Part shown: one piece after another, positions 16,066-25,216 of the stretch
How the letters are laid out: each line of letters starts with the position of its first letter
How positions within the stretch are numbered: the stretch's first letter is position 1
DNA from: a virus
DNA length: 64,000 nt
IMG/VR virus record: IMGVR_UViG_3300047666_001143
Location: 1 to 64,000 of that record
Direction: 5' to 3' (one strand)
Program-made: the position numbers and the translations under genes
Notes under the pieces: model-generated
What the model was told of the DNA's origin: nothing
The model's database searches: none
Seen by the model: only the letters and a program-made list of their open reading frames with translations

Positions 16066-16443
16066 ATGATCAAAACAACAATTATTAAACAAGTAAACGA
16101 ATTAAGAGACATCTGTTACGGAGAATCTTTCAAAGCTGGGTGGCACACTGATATTAAAACAGGTGAACTTTTAGAACGTAATAAAGGAGAAATGATAGCT
16201 TTAATACATTCAGAGGTATCTGAGGCTATGGAAGGGGAAAGAAAGGATTTAATGGATGACCATTTACCAAATCGAAAAATGGCAGAAGTGGAGTTTGCGG
16301 ATGCTGTAATTCGTATTATGGATTATTGTGGTAGGTTTGATTATGATATTGGAGGAGCTATTGTGGAAAAAATAGAGTATAATAGAAATAGAGCTGATCA
16401 TAAAATTGAAAATAGAGTAAAGAACGGCGGTAAAAAGTTTTAA
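16066..16443 (+). CDS. MazG-like nucleotide pyrophosphohydrolase
   Basis: IHSEVSEAMEG...EVEFADAVIRIMD...KIEYNRNR. Confidence 0.8.
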   Translation: MIKTTIIKQVNELRDICYGESFKAGWHTDIKTGELLERNKGEMIALIHSEVSEAMEGERKDLMDDHLPNRKMAEVEFADAVIRIMDYCGRFDYDIGGAIVEKIEYNRNRADHKIENRVKNGGKKF

Positions 16444-16445
16444 CT

Positions 16446-17030
16446 ATGTACATTAATATTTCAAATTTACTTAAATTGCCAAATCCATTAATGTTACCTT
16501 TTTTGTTGCTTTTAAAACAGGTGCCGAAAAAAGATTTAACTGAAGAGTTGGCAAGGTTAATTGTAGATGACGATTCTTTGAATATATTAATTGAGGAGGA
16601 ATATGTGAAAATTATTAAAGGTAAAAAAGATGCTGATTTTATCTCTTTGTTGAGACTTGGTAAGAAGGGTACTGCATATTTACATTCACTTGAAGAGGCA
16701 GAAGTTTTAGATGAAGATAAAAAGATTTTTGATTGGCTTGCAGAAATCTATAAGAAAAATGATAAGCAAATTGGAAATGGAAAACGTACACAAAGACACA
16801 TTGCATCTTTCAGAGAAAAGACAGGTATCGAAAAAAATAAGTTAGCTTTTTTGTGTGATACTTTTATCAAAGATGATTCTGAAATGGAGTGGTCATTTAA
16901 ATTAGAATATGTATTTTTCAAACCTACAAACGCTTTTCAAACAAGGTTTGTTCTCGAGGATAGTCGTCTATTCAAGTACCATACAAAAAGAAAAGAATTT
17001 TTTGAAAATAAATTTAAAAATATAAAATAA
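16446..17030 (+). CDS. Hypothetical protein
   Basis: 194-aa ORF. Confidence 0.75.
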   Translation: MYINISNLLKLPNPLMLPFLLLLKQVPKKDLTEELARLIVDDDSLNILIEEEYVKIIKGKKDADFISLLRLGKKGTAYLHSLEEAEVLDEDKKIFDWLAEIYKKNDKQIGNGKRTQRHIASFREKTGIEKNKLAFLCDTFIKDDSEMEWSFKLEYVFFKPTNAFQTRFVLEDSRLFKYHTKRKEFFENKFKNIK

Positions 17031-17039
17031 ATAGAAACT

Positions 17040-17372
17040 ATGTCAGTAAATATATTAAAATTAAAAAGTAAAAGAGTTTTTGAAAACGAAAAAATAAAAA
17101 TATCATTTTCGACTGGCGATGTTAGTGATTCTCTTTCGGTTTATCTAATTGATGGAGAAGGTAAACAACATCATATTTTATGGGAAATTTCTCCTGACAG
17201 ATGTATTCAGAATTTTGATAAAACCAATGAAAAAATTAAAACTTTTGTTAAAGATAAAATAGATGAATGGGTAAGTGATGAAAAAGAGACTGAAAGATTG
17301 AGAAAAGAAGCAATACAAAAGAGAGAGCACAGGGAAGAAAATAAGTTGACAAAATTAATAGACTCATTTTAA
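17040..17372 (+). CDS. Hypothetical protein, possible decayed cassette gene (GDVSDS motif)
   Basis: ORF; ggcgatGTTagtgat at 17115-17129 resembles an internal GTT site. Confidence 0.7.
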   Translation: MSVNILKLKSKRVFENEKIKISFSTGDVSDSLSVYLIDGEGKQHHILWEISPDRCIQNFDKTNEKIKTFVKDKIDEWVSDEKETERLRKEAIQKREHREENKLTKLIDSF

Positions 17373-17456
17373 ATACCCTAAAACTCTGGGATATATGATT
17401 AGTAGCGTAAAAATTAATATGGAAAAAATAAGAGGTAATAAATTTAAAAATATAAA

Positions 17457-17672
17457 ATGAATTCAGAGCATAAAAGAATCAGTAAAATTTCAGCAGATTT
17501 AAAAGATAATGCCGTGATAAAGGCTAGTGATAAGATTTTAGTAATAGTATCAAACAAAGACGGTCTTTGGACTTTAAACGGTAATTTAGGTAATAATAAA
17601 GACGCTGCAAATATGATGCAAAATATTATCGATCAATTAAATAAAACTCAAGAGCAGCAAAGCAAAAATTAA
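17457..17672 (+). CDS. Hypothetical protein
   Basis: ORF with A-rich leader. Confidence 0.7.
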   Translation: MNSEHKRISKISADLKDNAVIKASDKILVIVSNKDGLWTLNGNLGNNKDAANMMQNIIDQLNKTQEQQSKN

Positions 17673-17677
17673 ATATT

Positions 17678-17917
17678 ATGAATGAGATTTTTAAAAGTAC
17701 AATAGGTAAGTGTTTTTTATACACGTTGTTAATTGCTTTTCTTTTTTGTGGCTGTAGCAATACCCAAACTAAAAATGTAGAAAATAGTTATGAGACTATA
17801 GTGATAGAAGGATGTGAGTATATTACATACAATAAATTTGGGGGTAATTATGGATATGGTTATATGGCTCACAAAGGTAATTGTAAAGCGTGTACTAAAA
17901 AAAATAATTGCCACTAA
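17678..17917 (+). CDS. Cassette-borne putative lipoprotein (YTLL motif from the internal GTT site)
   Basis: Hydrophobic N-terminus with LFCGC; tatacacgttgtt at 17718-17730. Confidence 0.7.
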   Translation: MNEIFKSTIGKCFLYTLLIAFLFCGCSNTQTKNVENSYETIVIEGCEYITYNKFGGNYGYGYMAHKGNCKACTKKNNCH

Positions 17918-17973
17918 CTTATTTGTGTATGATTAGTTTTGTGTAGGTTATTAATAAATTAAATAAAAAAGCA

Positions 17974-18195
17974 ATGGATATTAAACAAGAATTTAGAGAA
18001 GAAAAAAATATGGATGTTTACGCTATGAATGTAAATGATGGAAGTTTTAGCAATGTCTATGTAAAATGGCTAGAAGCAAAAATTAATTATACACGTTGTT
18101 GTACGGAGTTGTGCGATTGTGAAGAACCTTACAATGATATAGAAGCGAAACAATGTATGGGTTGCGGTAATTTAGTAGAATATGGACAAGATTAA
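17974..18195 (+). CDS. Cassette-borne protein with zinc-ribbon-like C-terminus (YTRCC motif)
   Basis: CDC...CMGCG; LEA...TRCC motif shared with ORF 58..363. Confidence 0.75.
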   Translation: MDIKQEFREEKNMDVYAMNVNDGSFSNVYVKWLEAKINYTRCCTELCDCEEPYNDIEAKQCMGCGNLVEYGQD

Positions 18196-18200
18196 GCACC

Positions 18201-18266
18201 ATTACTTACAACTACTGATAAAGAAACTTAAACTGTTCAAAACATTGAAACACAATAATTTAAAAC
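18201..18266 (+). repeat. 66-bp exact direct repeat, copy 2 (candidate attI-like terminal site)
   Basis: Identical to 624-689. Confidence 0.95.
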
Positions 18267-18275
18267 AATAAAATA

Positions 18276-18626
18276 ATGAAAAAACTAATTTTAATTTTAT
18301 TAACTGTAATTACATATTCAGTTAATAGTCAGAATACTTTTTACTTTTTTGAATCTACTGTGGTTCCAGAAGTAGACAATAAAAGTAATGTTAATAATAC
18401 ATTTTTATTTAATAATAACTCTTCACTGGTTAATGCCAATACATTTACAGATAATACTCCTATCTTGTTTATGCCACTTATGAATAATGAAAATATAAGT
18501 CAAGATTTATTGGAATTCGATGTGATCAGAAATTCTTTTGGCCATGATGAGTTTAATAAAAGTATGAATTATAATTTGTCCGAAATTAAACCTAATATTA
18601 ACTATTTTAAAAACAATAAAAAATGA
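18276..18626 (+). CDS. Putative secreted protein
   Basis: MKKLILILLTVITYSVNSQ, a Bacteroidota-type signal peptide. Confidence 0.65.
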   Translation: MKKLILILLTVITYSVNSQNTFYFFESTVVPEVDNKSNVNNTFLFNNNSSLVNANTFTDNTPILFMPLMNNENISQDLLEFDVIRNSFGHDEFNKSMNYNLSEIKPNINYFKNNKK

Positions 18627-19183
18627 AATACCTTAGCATTGATACAGAAACGACGGGTTTAAATTCAAAAACCTGCGAAATACTATCTTTCTCAGCAGTT
18701 TTGGAAGATACAGACAAACCAAATATACCTGTGGATGATTTACCACATGTACACTTCATCTTTAAAAAAGATTTTATAAAAGGAGAACCCTATGCTTTGA
18801 ATTTGAATAAAGATATCATAGAGATAATTAAAGAAGGTAAAGATGAAAGACTAATTAACGAACTTCAATTCTTTCCTAAATTCAGAGAGTTCTTGAAGGA
18901 AAATAATGTTGAAGGAAAATTAAAAGTGGCTGGAAAAAACTTCAGTTCATTTGACTTAAAATTTATAGATATACTTATGAATGAAGTTTGGGATTTTGGA
19001 TCCTCTATAAAATTCCACCATAGAGTTTTAGATGTTGGACCACTATTTGTTGATTTTAAAAATGACGAATGGATTCCAGACTTAAATATGTGCATGGAAA
19101 GAGCTGGAGTCAAAGGAACAGTGCAACATTGTGCATATGAAGATGCAAAAGATGTAATTAGAGTTTTAAGAACTAAATACTAA
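18623..19183 (+). CDS. DEDDh 3'-5' exonuclease (DnaQ/oligoribonuclease-like)
   Basis: IDTETTG, GKNFSSFD, HCAYEDA. Confidence 0.85.
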   Translation: MKYLSIDTETTGLNSKTCEILSFSAVLEDTDKPNIPVDDLPHVHFIFKKDFIKGEPYALNLNKDIIEIIKEGKDERLINELQFFPKFREFLKENNVEGKLKVAGKNFSSFDLKFIDILMNEVWDFGSSIKFHHRVLDVGPLFVDFKNDEWIPDLNMCMERAGVKGTVQHCAYEDAKDVIRVLRTKY

Positions 19184-19338
19184 ATTATGGATATAATAGT
19201 ATTATTAATAATACTAATAATAATAAGTGTGGTTTTAGAAATTGCATTTAATCCCAGATTGCATTATACTCATGGAGATCAGCTTCTACTTTGGTACGGG
19301 AGAAAAGTCAGGAAAAGTTACTTAATTTACGATAATAA

Positions 19339-19397
19339 TTAACAACAAATTAAAAGGAGGTTTATTTTGGGAGTCTCCTTTTTTTACATTAACTTTG
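19339..19397 (+). terminator. Terminator within a TTAA-N7-TTAA / -7 promoter module
   Basis: aaaaggag/ctcctttt with T run; TTAA at 19339 and 19350; TAACTTTG at 19390-19397. Confidence 0.7.
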
Positions 19398-19416
19398 CAG
19401 TTAGAAAAATAATTAT

Positions 19417-20514
19417 ATGGCAATAAGACCTTTCAAGGAATTCGCATCAAAAGGATTTGCGGAAATAAAGAAAATACAAACAGGAGAAAAATTACTTCCC
19501 AAAACAGGTTTTGATTTTATAGATGACCATTTAGGATGTATGCTTCCAGGAGATGTTGCTCTTTTAAGTTCTCCTTCTGGAACAGGTAAAACTACCATAG
19601 CTCAAAAAATAAAAAAGAATTTATTGAATATTGAATTGAACCCTGATGCAGCTAACTATGTTTACGTTGACTATAGTTTAGAGATGAAAGTTTTTAATCT
19701 TTTAATGAGGGCTTCTGCGGAAATACTGAAGAAGAAGAAATCTGAAATATTGTTCAATGAGTTCACTGAAGAGGAACAAACAAAAATTAGGGCTTACTAT
19801 GAAACATTGCAAGATGACAGACAATTTTTAGATCAAGTCCCACCAACTCCCGAAGAGTTTTACAATGATGCAAGGGAATTTTGTATTAAACACAAGGATA
19901 AGAGTGCTATATTTTTTAGTTTTGATCACGTTTTATTGGCAAAAGGTTCTGATAAGAAAAGAATGTTAGAGGAATTCGCTGAAAAGATAAACCAGTTAAA
20001 GTTGGAATTTGACAATGTGTATTTTATATTAATATCGCAAAATAATAGACAAATATATTCGAGAATTGCAGAGAAAAGTAATTTAGCAGCACCCAATCCC
20101 ACAGATGTATTTGGGTCTAGTTTCTTAGATCAACTTTGTAGTTTTAATATAGTTTTTTATGCTCCTTTTAAAGCAGGTATAAAAGAGTATATGAAAGTAA
20201 ACCCTACTAGATATCAACATCTTTCTGAATATTTTGGGGAAGAAGATAATAAAGGTAGAGTTAGTTTTCACACTGAAGGTTTAATATTTGCTCATGCTAT
20301 AAAAACAAGAGAGTCAGATAATATGTATAAAGATATATTTGTTATTGACATGGAGTTATCCTCAGAAGAAAAAGAAAATCTAAAAGAGAAAGTAGAAGTT
20401 AAAAGTAGTTCAATGCCAGAATTTAATGAAGATATGCCTAAGAAAGAATTTGTTTTTCCGACTTTAGAGGAAGCTTTTGAAAATGATGACAAGGAAGATG
20501 ACCCTCCATTTTAA
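19417..20514 (+). CDS. DnaB-like (SF4) replicative helicase
   Basis: TGF..D, Walker A SPSGTGKT, SLEM, FDH, ISQNNR. Confidence 0.85.
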   Translation: MAIRPFKEFASKGFAEIKKIQTGEKLLPKTGFDFIDDHLGCMLPGDVALLSSPSGTGKTTIAQKIKKNLLNIELNPDAANYVYVDYSLEMKVFNLLMRASAEILKKKKSEILFNEFTEEEQTKIRAYYETLQDDRQFLDQVPPTPEEFYNDAREFCIKHKDKSAIFFSFDHVLLAKGSDKKRMLEEFAEKINQLKLEFDNVYFILISQNNRQIYSRIAEKSNLAAPNPTDVFGSSFLDQLCSFNIVFYAPFKAGIKEYMKVNPTRYQHLSEYFGEEDNKGRVSFHTEGLIFAHAIKTRESDNMYKDIFVIDMELSSEEKENLKEKVEVKSSSMPEFNEDMPKKEFVFPTLEEAFENDDKEDDPPF

Positions 20515-20515
20515 G

Positions 20516-20575
20516 TTAAAAATTTGTTAAAATCTAAATAAGTCTTTCGGGGCTTATTTTTTTGTTTTATATTTG
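20516..20575 (+). terminator. UUCG-loop terminator within a TTAA-N7-TTAA / -7 promoter module
   Basis: aaataagtct-TTCG-gggcttattt with T run; TTAA at 20516 and 20527; TATATTTG at 20568-20575. Confidence 0.8.
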
Positions 20576-20602
20576 CCTTATGGAAGATAATTTAATAAAA
20601 AT

Positions 20603-20914
20603 ATGAAAAAAATAACTGTTAAAGAGTTTGAAAAAGCTGTTAGAATTGTAAAAAAATATTATAAACAATCAAATACTAAAGAAGCTATATTTCAAAGTAT
20701 AGATAAAAATACTTTAATAAAAAATATTAATTCGGGTATTTCAACAAGATTAAAAAATATCCTAGGGGGAATATATGGGGGACTTGAGAATACCACACTA
20801 GGAAATTTAGAAGGTCTCTCAACACATGATTTTATGAGTAAAAGGAATGCAGGTATAAGAACTTTAGTTGAACTTGAAAATTTATGTGATTGTTACAATA
20901 TTAATCTTATATAG
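20603..20914 (+). CDS. Protein with RNA polymerase alpha-CTD-like domain
   Basis: ISTRLKNIL...TLGNL...FMSKRNAGIRTLVELE resembles the alpha-CTD pattern LSVR..N.L...RNLG.KSL.EI. Confidence 0.6.
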   Translation: MKKITVKEFEKAVRIVKKYYKQSNTKEAIFQSIDKNTLIKNINSGISTRLKNILGGIYGGLENTTLGNLEGLSTHDFMSKRNAGIRTLVELENLCDCYNINLI

Positions 20915-20925
20915 AAAAAATAAAT

Positions 20926-21180
20926 ATGAAAGTTTTACCAAAAAGAAGACCAAGAAGATTAGATTTAGGGATACATTATATTGTAAAATTTCAATGGGGG
21001 AATACAATGTTATGTAAATTTATACAGCCTACTAAATGTGGTTTTAATTTCTTAAATATAAAGACTAATAAATGTATTTTAAGACAACATTTATACCCTA
21101 GTAAATGTGAAAATCATATAGGGGAAGATTGGTTTTTTGTAAATGAAACGTTTGAAATAAAAAAGATAAAATTATGTTAG
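20926..21180 (+). CDS. Hypothetical protein
   Basis: ORF in operon. Confidence 0.65.
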   Translation: MKVLPKRRPRRLDLGIHYIVKFQWGNTMLCKFIQPTKCGFNFLNIKTNKCILRQHLYPSKCENHIGEDWFFVNETFEIKKIKLC

Positions 21181-21359
21181 GTAGGATATTTAATCGTTGG
21201 ACAAAGTGGAAAGTGTATGAAGAAGATAAAATTATGATAGAAATTACAACTAATCACTTTACTTGGAATCAAAATGAAGTAGAAATATTTTGTGATATTT
21301 ATAAAAGAGAGAACACATATACAGGAGAAGTTCAATATAAAACAGTTAAGAAATATTAA
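21174..21359 (+). CDS. Hypothetical protein
   Basis: ORF in operon. Confidence 0.6.
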   Translation: MLGRIFNRWTKWKVYEEDKIMIEITTNHFTWNQNEVEIFCDIYKRENTYTGEVQYKTVKKY

Positions 21360-21360
21360 T

Positions 21361-21897
21361 ATGAAAGAATTCAGAGAATTTATTTACAATCAACACGATG
21401 TTGTGTGTAATCAAAAATATGCAGGTACTTTACCTTACAGTTGTCATTTAGCTTTTGTAGAAGCACAAGGAAGAAAATTTTTGCACTTATTAGACTCTAA
21501 AGAATATGCTAATTATACAGAAGAAACCGTAGTTTTACATGCTATTATAGCTCATGATTCTATAGAGGATGCTAGGATTACATATAATGATATCCTTAAT
21601 TTTAACAGCGGCCAATCAGAATTTTTCAGGAAGAGTGTTGCTGACATTGTATATTGTGTTACAGATGAAAAAGGTAAGTATAGAAAAGAGCGCAAAAATG
21701 ATAAATATTATGCTGAGTTAAAGAAAAATAAATTGGCTGTTTTTGTTAAACTTGCGGACCTTGCTGCAAATACTTTGTTTAGTAAATTATCTGGAAGTAG
21801 TATGTATGAAAAGTATAAAAAAGAGTGGCTAAACTTTAAAGCAAAACTTTATATAGAAGAGTATAAAGAATTTTTTGATTATATAGAAAATTTGTAA
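21361..21897 (+). CDS. HD-domain hydrolase, SpoT/Mesh1 (small alarmone hydrolase)-like
   Basis: QKY...PYSCHL, AHDSIED, VTD, VKLAD..AN. Confidence 0.78.
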   Translation: MKEFREFIYNQHDVVCNQKYAGTLPYSCHLAFVEAQGRKFLHLLDSKEYANYTEETVVLHAIIAHDSIEDARITYNDILNFNSGQSEFFRKSVADIVYCVTDEKGKYRKERKNDKYYAELKKNKLAVFVKLADLAANTLFSKLSGSSMYEKYKKEWLNFKAKLYIEEYKEFFDYIENL

Positions 21898-21898
21898 T

Positions 21899-22378
21899 AT
21901 GAATAATTACAAAATTTTAAATATACCTTGTAATTCCGATAAGAAAATTATAAAAATTGCATATCGGAAGTTAGTAAAAATACATCATCCTGATAGAGGA
22001 GGTAATAAAGAAGCCTTCATTATAATTCAAAAAGCCTATGAGGATTTATTAGATGGTAAATCTGGGGAAGATATATTTAGTAAAAAAGAGGTTGGTAGTT
22101 CTATAAGGGTTATATCTACTGAAATGGTAGACGGTAGCGCGAAATTTAATTTTAGGTTGTTCTATGTGGATTACATAAATTTTAATAAAAATAAATACCC
22201 AATAAAAACTAATGATTATGCAGGACATATTCTCGTAACTAAAAAAGAACTAGAGGAACTTAATTATGAAGTTATAATGACTTTTAAAGGTAAAAATGGA
22301 AAGTATTTAGAAAAATCGTGGAGTGTTAAACGACCCCTTACAAAGTGGCAAAAATTCAAAAATATATTTAAAAAGTAG
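21899..22378 (+). CDS. J-domain (DnaJ-like) protein
   Basis: YKILN...IKIAYRKLVKIHHPDRGG...F..IQKAYEDL. Confidence 0.85.
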   Translation: MNNYKILNIPCNSDKKIIKIAYRKLVKIHHPDRGGNKEAFIIIQKAYEDLLDGKSGEDIFSKKEVGSSIRVISTEMVDGSAKFNFRLFYVDYINFNKNKYPIKTNDYAGHILVTKKELEELNYEVIMTFKGKNGKYLEKSWSVKRPLTKWQKFKNIFKK

Positions 22379-22381
22379 ACT

Positions 22382-23248
22382 ATGAAAGAATTAATGAACA
22401 TACCTATTAATGATGATTTTAATAATGTATTACCTTTAATTGACGATAAATCTATTGATTTAATATTCGCAGATCTCCCATTTAATACTACAAATTGCAA
22501 GTGGGATAGGCCTATACCTTTAAATTGGAATGTAAATGGATTGGAAGAAAAAGATTTTCTAATAGAACAAATGATGCACGGTATTCCATATAAAGAAGTT
22601 TTGGAAAACTGGAAAATCAGGAGGAAAATGGGTTTATGGCAGCATTATAATAGAATAATCAAAGACGATGGTGTCATTTTATTATATGCACAAACTCCTT
22701 TTGATAAAGAGCTTGGAATGTCAAATAAGAAGAATTTGAGGTATGAGTGGATTTGGGAAAAAACGCAAGCAACTGGTCACTTAAATGCAAATAAGATGCC
22801 TATGAAAGCACATGAAAACATTTTAGTGTTTTACAAAAACAAACCTCCAAAAGCAAAGGATTTCAAGAGAACTTATAATTACATTAAGACAACTGGTCAT
22901 TCTCCAGTAAACAGTTACACTAAAAGTATGAAAAATGGTACTGCTGATGGAGAAATTTATGGTAAAACTAAATCTGTTAGTGGTGGAGGTAGTACTGAAA
23001 GGTTTCCCAGAAGTGTTTTGAAGTTTAAATCTGATAAGCAGTTAAGTAAGTTACATTCAACTCAAAAACCCTTGGCTTTAACAGAATATATGATTGAAAC
23101 TTATTCTAATGAGGGTGATATTGTTTTGGATAATTGTGCGGGTTCTTATGTTGTTGCTGAAGCTTCAAATAAACTAAAGAGAAATTGGATTTGCATTGAA
23201 AAAGATGAAAAAATACACAATAAATCAATTAAAGAAAGAAAATTATGA
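22382..23248 (+). CDS. DNA amino-methyltransferase (N6-adenine/N4-cytosine, beta class)
   Basis: DLPF catalytic motif precedes HSTQKP and LDNCAGS SAM-binding motif. Confidence 0.88.
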   Translation: MKELMNIPINDDFNNVLPLIDDKSIDLIFADLPFNTTNCKWDRPIPLNWNVNGLEEKDFLIEQMMHGIPYKEVLENWKIRRKMGLWQHYNRIIKDDGVILLYAQTPFDKELGMSNKKNLRYEWIWEKTQATGHLNANKMPMKAHENILVFYKNKPPKAKDFKRTYNYIKTTGHSPVNSYTKSMKNGTADGEIYGKTKSVSGGGSTERFPRSVLKFKSDKQLSKLHSTQKPLALTEYMIETYSNEGDIVLDNCAGSYVVAEASNKLKRNWICIEKDEKIHNKSIKERKL

Positions 23249-23994
23249 AAAAATATAAACACAAAAGTACAGGGCACATTGCAGAGAGATCTTCTATTTG
23301 TCAATCTTACGGAATAATTAATTCAGCATCAAAAACATACTCAATACCTACATTTGTAATTGAGGGAAGTGATGATTGGGAAGAAGTTATTGAAAAAGAT
23401 TATGAAATAATATCTTATTTAGTTAATAAAAAAATATTTACTGAAAATATTGTTCCTCTTGCTAATAAAACTTATATTAATATCCGCTCAATTAAAAGAT
23501 TATCTGATGGTGAAGTATTTACTGTCGGTGATTTAATTAAAAGAAATGATAACACTGTAAAACTAGAAACAATTGAATTAGATGATATTTGGATGGGAGG
23601 TATTGTAATTAATAAAAACATAAGACCTAATGGTGGGGAATGTTTAGAAACATTACGAAAAGGTAAGAAACCACTATTCACAACAGAAGATGGTATTGAT
23701 ATTTTTGAAGGTGATTTAAGTGGTATCTGGGTTGGAGTAAAAAGTTGTCAAGTAAATCAAACTTATTCTAATCAAAGATTACAAGCACCTTATTTTACAG
23801 CTTTAAATGAAATGAAAACTAATAAATATTATAAAAGGTTTTCAACAAAAGAAGCTGCTGAAGAATATATATTAATGAACAAACCTTGTTTATCTTTAAA
23901 TGATATAGATCAAATGTTTGATAATACTTCTGCTTATAGATACGATCAGACGGAATACTTAAAAAATATAGTTAAAATAAAAACAAGATTATAA
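23245..23994 (+). CDS. Hypothetical phage protein
   Basis: 249-aa ORF; SIKRLSDGEVFTVGD and PLFTTEDG.DIFEGD blocks. Confidence 0.75.
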   Translation: MKKYKHKSTGHIAERSSICQSYGIINSASKTYSIPTFVIEGSDDWEEVIEKDYEIISYLVNKKIFTENIVPLANKTYINIRSIKRLSDGEVFTVGDLIKRNDNTVKLETIELDDIWMGGIVINKNIRPNGGECLETLRKGKKPLFTTEDGIDIFEGDLSGIWVGVKSCQVNQTYSNQRLQAPYFTALNEMKTNKYYKRFSTKEAAEEYILMNKPCLSLNDIDQMFDNTSAYRYDQTEYLKNIVKIKTRL

Positions 23995-24308
23995 TGGAGA
24001 AATTACATAGAAAGAAAATTAAAGATAGATTTACTGCTTTTGAAAATGTAATTACAGGTTCCATGTTAGTCATAGATAATAAAGAAAAAAGAACTTTATC
24101 TATTGTGGAAGCAGAGATTATTTGTCAAGATGAGTATGGGGAACATTTTTCTGCTAAATCGGAGTTTATATCTAATGTAATGGATTCTTTAATTGCAGGA
24201 ATAAAACATTATAATACTGTATGTGAAAAAGGTTTTGAAATAACAATTTCTGATATTGTAAATAAATTTAAAGAAGATGAAAAAGGAACACAGAGAGATT
24301 TTAGATAA
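23994..24308 (+). CDS. Hypothetical protein
   Basis: Coupled ORF. Confidence 0.65.
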   Translation: MEKLHRKKIKDRFTAFENVITGSMLVIDNKEKRTLSIVEAEIICQDEYGEHFSAKSEFISNVMDSLIAGIKHYNTVCEKGFEITISDIVNKFKEDEKGTQRDFR

Positions 24309-24495
24309 AATAGAGGAATACTTAGAACAACCAGGTGCAGAACATTTGAGATTTTGGCAAGCCATGAGAAACTGCAACTTAATTGAATTTAAAGAGGTAA
24401 AGGTTCACAATGACTCTCAGTGGAATGAGTTTATTCCTGTTGATGATTATAATATAGCAGATGAAAAATTGTTAAAAAGGATTGAAGATGTATAA
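24277..24495 (+). CDS. Hypothetical protein
   Basis: ORF in operon. Confidence 0.65.
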   Translation: MKKEHREILDKIEEYLEQPGAEHLRFWQAMRNCNLIEFKEVKVHNDSQWNEFIPVDDYNIADEKLLKRIEDV

Positions 24496-24934
24496 GATTC
24501 TTGTGTGTGGATCCAGAGATATAAAGGATCAGGAGTTTGTATTTAAGAAATTGGATTTTCTTTTATCTAATAAAGATTTATCTTCGGTTGTTTTGATTCA
24601 CGGCGACCAAAAATCGTTTGATCGACATTTGGAAATGAACTTCGGAGCAGATTATTTCGCTAAGTTGTGGGCTTTGTTGAAAGGAGTCAAGCAAATTCCT
24701 TTTCCTGCACCTTGGGAAGGACTAGAAGATACTCCTAAGAAACTTTTGAAGAAAAATAAAACAGGGAATATGTATTGGCCTGGAGCTGGAATGTATCGAA
24801 ACAAACAAATGGCCAATGAAGATTTAGATGCTTGTGTGGCATTTTTAGGTAGGAATTCCAAAAATGTAGGTACTCTCAATATGTTAAAGTTAGTTAAAGA
24901 TAAGGATATAATAATTAAAAAGTATTACATTTGA
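24488..24934 (+). CDS. SLOG-superfamily (YspA/DUF2493-like) protein
   Basis: ILVCGSR, LIHG, GAD, AG..RN.QM, VAF...GT..M. Confidence 0.78.
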   Translation: MYKILVCGSRDIKDQEFVFKKLDFLLSNKDLSSVVLIHGDQKSFDRHLEMNFGADYFAKLWALLKGVKQIPFPAPWEGLEDTPKKLLKKNKTGNMYWPGAGMYRNKQMANEDLDACVAFLGRNSKNVGTLNMLKLVKDKDIIIKKYYI

Positions 24935-24937
24935 CGT

Positions 24938-25216
24938 ATGGAAAAACAAAAAATATTTAATAGTATAGAAGAGGTACTTAATAGTTATGATAAAGATGAT
25001 GCTGATGTGGTATTAGGTTTAATACCATTTTTCTTCGGTGCCTCTTGGGAGGAATTTACAAGGAGTTATAATATATTGGGAGATAGTACTAAGCATCCTG
25101 ATTTTCAGTTTATATTGGCAGATAGGATAGATTATTATTTAGAAGAAACTAAGTTTAAAGATATTGATTTAGATCTCATTTGTGAGGTTGTTGAAAATAA
25201 GTATGGTACATTATAA
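24938..25216 (+). CDS. Hypothetical protein
   Basis: ORF in operon. Confidence 0.65.
   Translation: MEKQKIFNSIEEVLNSYDKDDADVVLGLIPFFFGASWEEFTRSYNILGDSTKHPDFQFILADRIDYYLEETKFKDIDLDLICEVVENKYGTL

Larger units (their letters stand above)
17718..18266. mobile_element. Putative integron-like cassette array 2
   Basis: GTT site 17728 pairs with the AAC end 17898-17918; inner arms 17916-17941/18077-18100; outer arms 18098-18114/18196-18212; terminal 66-bp repeat. Confidence 0.6.

Noticed and set aside
21388-21410. Cassette-like core acacgatGTTgtg in the HD hydrolase gene
   Set aside because: No complementary upstream arm or matching AAC end; it is explained by protein coding
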